In this document: positions 43,684-52,314 of the stretch, piece after piece
How the letters are laid out: each line of letters opens with the position of its first letter
Position numbering within the stretch: position 1 is the stretch's first letter
NCBI GenBank assembly: GCA_963655305.1
Contig: CAVKEA010000002.1
Coordinates: 18,894-82,893 of the forward strand
Reading direction: 5' to 3'
DNA length: 64,000 nucleotides
Source of the DNA: a bacterium
Lineage (GTDB): Bacteria > Bacillota > Negativicutes > Veillonellales > Megasphaeraceae
Program-made: the position numbers and the translations under genes
Notes under the pieces: generated by a model
Seen by the model: the letters and a program-made list of their open reading frames with translations, nothing else
Told to the model about the DNA's origin: nothing
Database searches by the model: none

Positions 43684-45102
43684 TTAATATATTCCTGTCA
43701 ATGTATAAATGGCAATAATAATAAATACCGCAATAATTTTTATTAATAATGTTGTAACACAAATATCTCGATATGATTCACGATGACTAAGTCCACATAC
43801 AGCTAACAACGTAATAACAGCACCATTATGGGGCAGCGTATCCAAGCCGCCAGATGCCATAGAGGCGACACGATGGAGAATTTCCGGTCCCATACCAATC
43901 GACTGTGCCCATGACAGCCAATTCTGCGCCATTAACTCAAGGGCAATAGCCATACCACCAGACGCAGACCCAGTTATTCCCGCCAAAATAGTAACTGTAA
44001 CCGCTTCTGATACAAGAGGTGTTTCACCTAGATGGATATCAATAAGAAATTGAGCAACTTTAGCAAAACCTGGAAGTTGGGAAATAACGTTACCATATCC
44101 TACTTCAGATGCCGTGTTCATAATGGCAAGCAAGGACCCAATAGCCCCTGCATTTAAAATTTTAGACATGGACGTAACGGTCTTTACTTCTCTCCATCCC
44201 ACTGCTAAGGCAATAACAATCCCTGCAACTAAAGAAATAATCAACGCCCAAACACTGGCAACATTTTGTACCTTTCCAGCAACTAAGGGAATTCCTTTCA
44301 TTTGTTGAAATGGAACCAATATATTTATATCCCAATGAATATATTCAGTAATAACAAAGTTTACAGCTAATACAGTAATTAGAGGAATACAGGCTACTTT
44401 CCAAGAAAATAGTTTAGCATCTGTATTGGAAACCAATTCATTTAATGTATGATTTCCATATCCTTCTCCGCAAGCAAGTGCCCTTTTTAAACGAAAAACA
44501 AGGTAATAGCAACCGCTACCATAAATAATAATTGTACCAATAATTCCAGCAAGAGGTGCCGCATAAAGATTCGTACCAAAATAAGTTGTTGGAATGATAT
44601 TTTGAATTTGTGGAGTACCTGGAAAACTATCCATTGTAGCCGTAAAGGCACCTAAAGCAATCGCCGCCGGTACAAAACGCTTCGGATAATTAACTTCCCT
44701 AAATAGTGCTGCAGCAAACGGATAGACAGCAAAGACTACGACAAATAAAAGAACGCCGCCATATGTCAAAATCGACGAAGCTAAAACGATAGATAAGACT
44801 GCTTTATGCGGTTCTTTACCCAAACCATTGATAATGGCACTGGCAAGACTTCGAGCAAGGCCCGTTTCTTCCATCACTTTTCCAAAAATAGCACCTAACA
44901 TAAATACGGGAAAATAGGATTTAATATACGTAACTGCTTTGCCCATGAATAATTCTGTATACGATGGCATGATATCCAATCCTGATAACGTTGCTGCCAA
45001 AATCGCCATAATGGGAGCCATCATAATGACGGAAAAGCCGCGATATGCAAACGCTATCAATCCAATCAAGCTCAAAATAATAATGATGACGTTTAAATCC
45101 AT
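43684..45102 (-). CDS. GntP-family (gluconate/hydroxy-acid:H+ symporter-like) permease
   Basis: The roughly 472-aa polytopic ORF is judged GntP-like from overall length, topology and N-terminal pattern. The start is moved to the ATG at 45102. Confidence 0.65.
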   Translation of the reverse strand: MDLNVIIIILSLIGLIAFAYRGFSVIMMAPIMAILAATLSGLDIMPSYTELFMGKAVTYIKSYFPVFMLGAIFGKVMEETGLARSLASAIINGLGKEPHKAVLSIVLASSILTYGGVLLFVVVFAVYPFAAALFREVNYPKRFVPAAIALGAFTATMDSFPGTPQIQNIIPTTYFGTNLYAAPLAGIIGTIIIYGSGCYYLVFRLKRALACGEGYGNHTLNELVSNTDAKLFSWKVACIPLITVLAVNFVITEYIHWDINILVPFQQMKGIPLVAGKVQNVASVWALIISLVAGIVIALAVGWREVKTVTSMSKILNAGAIGSLLAIMNTASEVGYGNVISQLPGFAKVAQFLIDIHLGETPLVSEAVTVTILAGITGSASGGMAIALELMAQNWLSWAQSIGMGPEILHRVASMASGGLDTLPHNGAVITLLAVCGLSHRESYRDICVTTLLIKIIAVFIIIAIYTLTGIY

Positions 45103-45311
45103 GCAGACATCCACTCCTTTTTTATACTTCGTGAATTTGGAATATACAAAAAATTAAAACAGCCATAACTAATGCACTACTTTTATCTTTGATATAGTGA
45201 CTTTTCAACATGTTTTTGTTGTATTTATCGTATCATTTTGCCCTATTTATTGTTAAATGGTTTGAATTCACACATGTCATGAAATGTTTTCATTTTTAAC
45301 TTTATATTTTC

Positions 45312-45358
45312 ATAAAAAATTCCTTTTTTGACTTTACTCTAATCAAAAAAGGAATTCT
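45312..45358 (-). terminator. Intrinsic terminator after the LysR gene
   Basis: A perfect 14-bp stem (AATTCCTTTTTTGA...TCAAAAAAGGAATT) is followed by a T-run on the minus strand. Confidence 0.7.
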
Positions 45359-45371
45359 CATGCTATATAAT

Positions 45372-46256
45372 TCACATTCTATCTTTTATTTTATAAATCA
45401 TATCTAAAAATAATTTCATCGGCGTGGATATAAATTTTTCTCTATGGTAAGCCACGGTTGGAATCCAAGGCAGTTCTGGTTCTTGTAAATGGAGTTGTAC
45501 AATCTTTTTACTACAAAATTTATCAATAATCGGCTTAGGCAACAAGGTAATACTATCACTATTACTGACAGCTTCAATCAGCAAATCCCATTGAGAACTT
45601 TCACGTACAATATGAGGTAAAAATCCAGCTTTACGGCAACTTTCAACAATACTGTCATACAGCATGAATGTTTTATCCAAAACATAAAATGGCTCTTGTT
45701 CCAATTGAGAAAATGTAATAGAACCATAATTGGCCAAGCGGTGACTTGGTGCCACAGCACAAACTACTTCAGAATGCAAAAATGGAATTTGAACAAAGTC
45801 CGGATCTACAAAGGGCTGTATCAAAATGCTAATGTCTACTGCCCCTGTTTTCGTCAATGAATAAGCTGCCTTAGCCCCTAATTCAGATACACGCAAATGA
45901 ATACCCGGGTACATTTGTTGATATTGATGCAAAATAGAATGGACAATCGTAATAGTTACAGGTGGAATTCCTAGTGTCAGTGTTCCTCTCCGGCTATGCA
46001 GCAATACAGACAAAACTTCAGTTTCCGATTGGTAGTTAGATACAATTTTTACTGCACTGTGATAAAAAATTTCCCCTGCGGAAGTAAGTTTAAACTTTTT
46101 GGCTGTGCGATCTATCAGCTCTGTATCATACGCTTTTTCCAGCGAACGAATCGCCTTGCTAATAGTTGATTGACTAATAAACAATGCATCGGCAGCTCTA
46201 GTAAAGCTTTGTTTTTTTACAGTTTCAATGAAATACATGAAATGATCAATATTCAT
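45372..46256 (-). CDS. LysR-family transcriptional regulator
   Basis: The ORF reads MNIDHFMYFIETVKKQSFTRAADALFISQSTISKAIRSLE. The start is moved to the ATG at 46256. Confidence 0.9.
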   Translation of the reverse strand: MNIDHFMYFIETVKKQSFTRAADALFISQSTISKAIRSLEKAYDTELIDRTAKKFKLTSAGEIFYHSAVKIVSNYQSETEVLSVLLHSRRGTLTLGIPPVTITIVHSILHQYQQMYPGIHLRVSELGAKAAYSLTKTGAVDISILIQPFVDPDFVQIPFLHSEVVCAVAPSHRLANYGSITFSQLEQEPFYVLDKTFMLYDSIVESCRKAGFLPHIVRESSQWDLLIEAVSNSDSITLLPKPIIDKFCSKKIVQLHLQEPELPWIPTVAYHREKFISTPMKLFLDMIYKIKDRM

Positions 46257-46476
46257 ACTACTCACTCTCCCTTCCATTACGTTATCAATATTCCATTTTA
46301 TAAATCCACCTCCTATATGATGATTACAGTATACTAATATGTAATAAAAAATATCCAATATACATTCTATCTTATTTCTGTTATATCACACAACATTTTC
46401 TCTAGAAAATGAATTAATCTATTCATGTGCATGATTATTCTTCATGGCTTATTTTAAGTCCTACCTTAACAAATAT

Positions 46477-46510
46477 AAAAAACGAGATAGCAGTAAAAAT
46501 GCTACCTCGT
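46477..46510 (-). terminator. Intrinsic terminator after the HEPN gene
   Basis: The minus strand reads ACGAGGTAGCA-(loop)-TGCTATCTCGT followed by TTTTTT. Confidence 0.7.
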
Positions 46511-46523
46511 CTTATATATTCTA

Positions 46524-46913
46524 TTAACAAATTCTATTGCTTTTTTGTGATACTATAAAATTTTGCAGTGCTACAAAAGCAGGAATATATTCATCTAAAA
46601 CACGTCTTGCTTTATGCTGTATCTCTTCTGCATGTTCAGGATGATACCTATCCTGCAGCATATGAAGCCACGTTTCCTCTGGAACAGACAGAATCCGTTC
46701 ATACGCCTCCATTAGCAACTCTTTTGGGGTACCTCTCGCAGCTTCTTTAATCTGATGTTGCCGCATATATTCTCGCAAAGCAGCTTGCCCTGCATCAAAT
46801 GTATCCATAAAAACATGTACTATACCGTGACATAGTAACGGATTTTGTATATTTTCTTCCTGTATTTCGAGTAATAGCTGCAGTCGTTCTTGAAATACGT
46901 TATTCGCCTTCAT
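46524..46913 (-). CDS. HEPN-domain protein, HI0074-like (nucleotidyltransferase substrate-binding family)
   Basis: The 129-aa ORF has a strong RBS (GGAGGTG) and an Rx4H-like motif (RYHPEH). The overall helical pattern resembles the HI0074 family. No MNT partner ORF is adjacent. Confidence 0.55.
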   Translation of the reverse strand: MKANNVFQERLQLLLEIQEENIQNPLLCHGIVHVFMDTFDAGQAALREYMRQHQIKEAARGTPKELLMEAYERILSVPEETWLHMLQDRYHPEHAEEIQHKARRVLDEYIPAFVALQNFIVSQKSNRIC

Positions 46914-47430
46914 CGTATCACCTCCTCTTGCAGGATACAAAACATTTTCGTTTAGAGCAACTCCAATACACCGATTCAGCTGCGACTTTTTTTCATGCCA
47001 GCCATGCCTTCATTTCACTCTCTAGCAGCATTTTTCTCTGCCGCAGTCTATTTTTATGTCATTTTACCTTCTAGATTTCTAGTAAATCCTTTTTCTTTCT
47101 CAAAACGCCGTTCGTTATGTTCTTATTTTCACTTTTATCTTTTCTATTTGTACTAAACGGAATATTATTCTTTATATTAATTATTTTTGTATACGAAATT
47201 TACGTCGTAAACAGTATTATATATAACATTTTATATATTTTTCTTCTTCTGTTTATTATTCTTTCACAGAATTGATATTACTATTCTCCATAAGAATGCA
47301 GAATTGTTCCTAAAAAACATAAGAAAACAGTAAATATACCTTGGTTTATTATTATTTAGTTCTAAAACTTTTAAGTATAATGTTCTTCCATGTATTACAA
47401 AAAAGTCTACAATAATTTTTACATTATTCC

Positions 47431-47459
47431 TTGACGCTATTATTTTTTCGTGATAGTAT
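47431..47459 (+). promoter_or_regulatory. Candidate sigma-70 type promoter of the pct-lcd operon
   Basis: The plus strand reads TTGACG (47431-47436), a 17-nt spacer, then TAGTAT (47454-47459), about 155 nt upstream of pct. Confidence 0.5.
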
Positions 47460-47616
47460 TCTTACAGGTAATACAAATGCAGTGAGGTTGAATCGTACTG
47501 CTTTGTACGAATTTCCATAAAATTCTCCATGTGAATATTATTTATTTATAAATTCTTTTATAGAATTATAAAACGATTTTAAAAGGAGATAAAAACATAG
47601 GAGGTTATATTCGGCA

Positions 47617-49170
47617 ATGAAGAAAGTGAAAATTATCACAGCTGCTGATGCAGCAAAGCTTGTCAAAGACAACGATACGCTTACATCTATTGGTTTTGTA
47701 AGCTGTGCCCATCCTGAAGCACTGACCAAAGCATTGGAACAGCGTTTCTTGGAAACAGGCAGTCCTAAAAACTTAACATACATTTATACGGCTTCTCAGG
47801 GCAAACGTGATGGCCGCGGCGGTGAACATCTGGCTCATGAAGGATTACTCAAACGTGCTATCTTGGGTCACTATCAAACCGTTCCGGCTATTGCAAAATT
47901 GGCCGTAGAAAATAAAATCGAAGCATATAACTGTGCACAGGGTACACTTCTCCACTGGTTCCGCGCATTGGCTGGTCATAAAATGGGTGTTTTCACTGAT
48001 ATTGGTTTGGAAACGTTCCTCGATCCTCGCCAGGGCGGCGGTAAATTAAATGATGTAACAAAAGAAGACATTGTAAAACTTCTTACGATTGAAGGACAGG
48101 AACAACTCTTCTATCCGACATTCCCTGTAAATGTAGCATTCCTTCGCGGCACCTATGCAGATGAAGTCGGCAACATCACGATGGAAGAAGAAGTCGCTCC
48201 TTTGGAAAACACTTCGGTTGCACAGGCCGTTCACAACTGCGGCGGCATCGTTGTCGTACAGGTCAAAGGCGTCGTAGAACACGGCACATTAGATCCGCGC
48301 CTGGTAAAAATTCCTGGCATTTATGTTGACTATGTCGTTGTTGCTGATGAAAAAGATCATGAACAAGCATTTGGCTGTGCTTTTGACCCGACATTATGCG
48401 GCGAACGCCGTGCTCCCCTTGGTGAAGCCGGTGCTCCTTTGCCGATGAGTGCAAAGAAAATCATTGGCCGTCGCGGTGCATTGTTCCTCACAGAAAATGC
48501 AATCGTCAACCTCGGTGTCGGTGCTCCGGAATATGTTGCTTCTGTTGCCGGTGAAGAAGGCATTGCAGATACCATTACGTTGACAGTCGAAAATGGTGCC
48601 ATCGGCGGTGTTCCGCAGGGCGGCGCACAGTTTGGTTCTACACGTAATGCAGAAGCCATTATCGACCACCCCTATCAGTTTGACTTCTACGATGGCGGCG
48701 GTTTGGATATGACCTTCCTCGGCTTGGCGCAGTGCGATGCTACTGGCAACATCAACGTCAGCAAATTCGGTACAAACATTGCCGGCTGCGGCGGTTTCCC
48801 GAACATTTCTCAGCAGACGCCAAACGTATTCTTCTGCGGTACCTTTACTGCCGGCGGTTTGAAAATCGCTGTAGAAGACGGCAAAGTCAAAATTCTCCAA
48901 GAAGGCAAAGCTAAGAAATTCGTCAAAAACGTCGACCAGATTACGTTTAACGGTTCCTATGCTATGCGTAAAGGCCAGAAAGTTCATTACATTACAGAAC
49001 GCTGCGTCTTTGAATTGACAAAAGACGGCTTAAAATTGACAGAAGTTGCTCCTGGCATCGATGTAGAAAAAGACATCCTCGCCCACATGGACTTCAAACC
49101 TATTGTTGGCGATTACAAAACAATGGATCTTCGGATTTTCCAGGATGGTCCTATGGGATTAAAGAAATAA
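47617..49170 (+). CDS. pct: Propionate CoA-transferase (lactate/propionate:acetyl-CoA CoA-transferase)
   Basis: The 517-aa ORF is very similar along its whole length to my recollection of M. elsdenii Pct (KDNDT.TSIGFVS.AHPEALTKALE, LTVENGAIGGVPQGG, GPMGLKK). Confidence 0.92.
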   Translation: MKKVKIITAADAAKLVKDNDTLTSIGFVSCAHPEALTKALEQRFLETGSPKNLTYIYTASQGKRDGRGGEHLAHEGLLKRAILGHYQTVPAIAKLAVENKIEAYNCAQGTLLHWFRALAGHKMGVFTDIGLETFLDPRQGGGKLNDVTKEDIVKLLTIEGQEQLFYPTFPVNVAFLRGTYADEVGNITMEEEVAPLENTSVAQAVHNCGGIVVVQVKGVVEHGTLDPRLVKIPGIYVDYVVVADEKDHEQAFGCAFDPTLCGERRAPLGEAGAPLPMSAKKIIGRRGALFLTENAIVNLGVGAPEYVASVAGEEGIADTITLTVENGAIGGVPQGGAQFGSTRNAEAIIDHPYQFDFYDGGGLDMTFLGLAQCDATGNINVSKFGTNIAGCGGFPNISQQTPNVFFCGTFTAGGLKIAVEDGKVKILQEGKAKKFVKNVDQITFNGSYAMRKGQKVHYITERCVFELTKDGLKLTEVAPGIDVEKDILAHMDFKPIVGDYKTMDLRIFQDGPMGLKK

Positions 49171-49209
49171 TCTGACCCATATTATATATAACAAATTATA
49201 AAAGGAGAC

Positions 49210-50109
49210 ATGCATATCATGAAACCAATGAGATTGCACCACGTAGGTATTGTACTTCCTACATTACAACAAGCACATGACTTTATTCAGGCAAACGGTC
49301 TTGAAATCGACTATGCCGGTTTTGTTAACGCATATCATGCTGATTTGATTTTCACTAAAAAAGGCCCATTCTGCAGCCCAATCGAAATGATTATTCCGCA
49401 CGAAGGCGTTTTGACTAAATTCAACGGCGGCAAAGGCGGCATCGCTCATATCGCTTTTGAAGTAGACGACGTCGAAGCTGTTCGCCAGGAAATGGAAGCT
49501 GAATGCCCGGGCTGCATGCTCGAAAAGAAAGCTGTTCAGGGTACAGATGATATTATCGTCAACTTCCGTCGTCCGAGCACCAACCAGGGTATCCTCGTTG
49601 AATACGTACAGACAACGGCTCCTATCACAGGCCACGGCGTCAATCCGTTTGAAAAATTGGGTAAAGCCGGTGAACTCCATGATACATGGCATCCGATGCG
49701 TCTCCACCACGTCGGCATCGTACTCCCGACAATGGAACAGGCTCAGGCTTTCATCAAAACCAACGGCCTCGAAGTGGATTATTCCGGCTTCGTAGATGCA
49801 TACCATGCAGACCTCATTTTCACTAAGAAAGGTGAATACAGTACACCGCTCGAAATGATTATTCCGCATGAAGGCGTCTTGACTAAATTTAACAACGGCA
49901 AAGGCGGCATTGCCCACCTCGCATTCGAAGTAGACGATGTTGAAGCTGTTCGTCAGCACATGGAAAAAGAATGCCCGGGCTGCATGCTTGAAAAGAAAGC
50001 CGTTCAGGGTACAGATGACATTATCGTCAACTTCCGTCGTCCGAGCACAGACCAGGGTATTCTCGTAGAATACGTACAGACTGTCGCTCCGATTAACTAC
50101 AATAAATAA
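49210..50109 (+). CDS. Tandem-duplicated VOC/glyoxalase-fold protein; each half resembles methylmalonyl-CoA epimerase (candidate acyl-CoA epimerase)
   Basis: Two roughly 133-aa repeats (aa 7-139 and 163-295) are about 85 percent identical. Each starts MRLHHVGIV and has the GGIAH.AFEV and LVEYVQ ligand-like blocks. An alternative start is the ATG at 49219. Confidence 0.8.
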   Translation: MHIMKPMRLHHVGIVLPTLQQAHDFIQANGLEIDYAGFVNAYHADLIFTKKGPFCSPIEMIIPHEGVLTKFNGGKGGIAHIAFEVDDVEAVRQEMEAECPGCMLEKKAVQGTDDIIVNFRRPSTNQGILVEYVQTTAPITGHGVNPFEKLGKAGELHDTWHPMRLHHVGIVLPTMEQAQAFIKTNGLEVDYSGFVDAYHADLIFTKKGEYSTPLEMIIPHEGVLTKFNNGKGGIAHLAFEVDDVEAVRQHMEKECPGCMLEKKAVQGTDDIIVNFRRPSTDQGILVEYVQTVAPINYNK

Positions 50110-50163
50110 TCAACGCATCACCCCGCACGCCAGGCGTGACAGGTAATGGAAAGGATAAAACGT

Positions 50164-50946
50164 ATGTATACACTTGGAATTGATGTTGGTTCTTCGTCTT
50201 CTAAAGCCGTTATTTTAGAAGACGGCAACCGTATCGTTGCACAAGCCGTTATTGAAATCGGTACAGGCTCTACCGGTCCGGAACGTGTCTTGAATGAAGT
50301 ATTTAAAGATACTAACCTGACGTTAGACGATATGGCAAATATCATCGCTACAGGATATGGCCGCTTCAACGTCGTCGCCGCCAAAGGCGAAGTCAGTGAA
50401 ATCACCTGTCATGCCAAGGGTGCCCTTTTTGAATGCCCCGGCACGACAACGATTTTGGATATTGGCGGCCAGGATGTCAAAGCAATTAAGCTGAACAACG
50501 AAGGCTTGGTCATGCAGTTTGCCATGAACGACAAATGCGCAGCCGGTACAGGCCGTTTCCTCGATGTCATGTCCAAAGTATTGGAAATTCCAATGTCTGA
50601 AATGGGCGACTGGTACTTTAAATCCCAGCATCCGGCAGCTGTCAGCAGTACATGCACCGTATTTGCTGAATCAGAAGTTATTTCTCTGCTGTCCAAAAAC
50701 ATTCCCAAGGAAGACATCGTAGCCGGTGTTCATCGCTCCATCGCCAGCAAGGCCAGCGCGCTTGTACGCCGTGTTGGCGTCGGTGCAGACCTGACAATGA
50801 CCGGCGGCGGTTCCCGTGATCCCGGCGTTGTCGATGCCATTTCTAAAGAATTGGGCGTTCCCGTCCGTGTAGCTGCTCATCCGCAGGCAGTTGGTGCCTT
50901 AGGGGCTGCTTTGATTGCCTATGAAAAAGCAGCGAAACATAAATAA
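50164..50946 (+). CDS. lcdC: 2-hydroxyacyl-CoA dehydratase activator ATPase (lactoyl-CoA dehydratase component E-I)
   Basis: The ORF reads MYTLGIDVGSSSSKAVIL, a BcrAD/BadFG (HgdC family) pattern, and has a cluster-bridging Cys context. The start is moved to the ATG at 50164. Confidence 0.9.
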   Translation: MYTLGIDVGSSSSKAVILEDGNRIVAQAVIEIGTGSTGPERVLNEVFKDTNLTLDDMANIIATGYGRFNVVAAKGEVSEITCHAKGALFECPGTTTILDIGGQDVKAIKLNNEGLVMQFAMNDKCAAGTGRFLDVMSKVLEIPMSEMGDWYFKSQHPAAVSSTCTVFAESEVISLLSKNIPKEDIVAGVHRSIASKASALVRRVGVGADLTMTGGGSRDPGVVDAISKELGVPVRVAAHPQAVGALGAALIAYEKAAKHK

Positions 50947-51024
50947 GGTTATTTCTTCCCCTTCCGGAAGATGACATATAAAATAGTACATTAGCTTATC
51001 CAACCGATAAAAGGAGAGATCGTA

Positions 51025-52314
51025 ATGAGTGAAGAAAAAGCAGTAGATATCGAAAGCATGAGCGCCAAAGATGCGCTTGGCTATTTCCTGCCGAAAGTCG
51101 ATGAAGATGCTAGAAAAGCAAAAAAAGAAGGCCGTCTCGTATGCTGGGCTGCCTCTGTAGCACCTCCTGAATTCTGCACAGCGATGGACATTGCTGTTGT
51201 ATTCCCAGAAACACATGCAGCCGGCATTGGTGCCCGTCATGGTGCTCCGGACATGCTCGAAGTTGCTGAAAACAAAGGTTATAACCAGGACATCTGTTCC
51301 TACTGCCGTGTCAACATGGGCTACATGGAATGCCTCAAACAGCAGGCATTAAACGGCGGCGAAGAACCGGACGTATTGAAAAAATCCCCGGCATCCCGTA
51401 TTCCTTTGCCGGATGTTATCCTCACCTGCAACAACATCTGCAACACCTTGTTGAAATGGTACGAAAACTTGGCTAAAGAATTGAACATTCCTTTAATTAC
51501 TATCGACGTACCGTTCAACCATGAATATCCTGTTACAAAACACGCTAAACAGTATATCGTAGGCGAATTCAAACACGCTATCAAACAGCTCGAAGAACTC
51601 TGCGGCCGTCCGTTCAACTACGAAAAATTCTTCGAAGTACAGAAACAGACACAGCGTTCTATCGCAGCTTGGAACAAAATCGCTTCCTATCTCTGCTACA
51701 AACCGTCCCCGCTCAATGGCTTTGACCTCTTCAACTACATGGGCCTTGCCGTAGCAGCTCGTGACCTTGACTATGCTGAAATCACATTCAACAAATTAAT
51801 CAAAGAATTGGACGCTAAAGTTGCTGCTAAAAAATGGGCATTTGGCGAAAACGAAAAAACACGTGTAACCTGGGAAGGTATCGCTGTATGGATTGCTTTG
51901 GGCCATACATTCAAAGAATTAAAAGGCAAAGGCGCTTTGATGACAGGCTCCGCATATCCTGGCATGTGGGATGTTTCCTATGAACCGGGCAACCTCGAAT
52001 CCATGGCAGAAGCATATACACGTACATACATCAACTGCTGCCTCGAACGCCGCGGCGAAGTATTGGAAAACATCGTTCGTGACGGCAAATGCGACGGCTT
52101 GATCATGCATCAGAACCGTTCCTGCAAGAACATGAGTCTCCTCAACGATGAAGGTGGCAAACGCATTCAGAAAAACCTCGGTGTTCCGTATGTTATTTTC
52201 GACGGCGACCAGACCGATCCGCGTAACTTCTCGGAAGCACAATTCGATACTCGTGTTGAAGCATTGTGTGAAACAATGGACGAAAAGAAAGCCAATGAAG
52301 GAGGCAATCACTAA
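51025..52314 (+). CDS. lcdA: 2-hydroxyacyl-CoA (lactoyl-CoA) dehydratase, alpha subunit
   Basis: The 429-aa HgdA-family ORF follows the activator and pct. The subunit sizes match the E-II alpha/beta pair. Confidence 0.88.
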   Translation: MSEEKAVDIESMSAKDALGYFLPKVDEDARKAKKEGRLVCWAASVAPPEFCTAMDIAVVFPETHAAGIGARHGAPDMLEVAENKGYNQDICSYCRVNMGYMECLKQQALNGGEEPDVLKKSPASRIPLPDVILTCNNICNTLLKWYENLAKELNIPLITIDVPFNHEYPVTKHAKQYIVGEFKHAIKQLEELCGRPFNYEKFFEVQKQTQRSIAAWNKIASYLCYKPSPLNGFDLFNYMGLAVAARDLDYAEITFNKLIKELDAKVAAKKWAFGENEKTRVTWEGIAVWIALGHTFKELKGKGALMTGSAYPGMWDVSYEPGNLESMAEAYTRTYINCCLERRGEVLENIVRDGKCDGLIMHQNRSCKNMSLLNDEGGKRIQKNLGVPYVIFDGDQTDPRNFSEAQFDTRVEALCETMDEKKANEGGNH

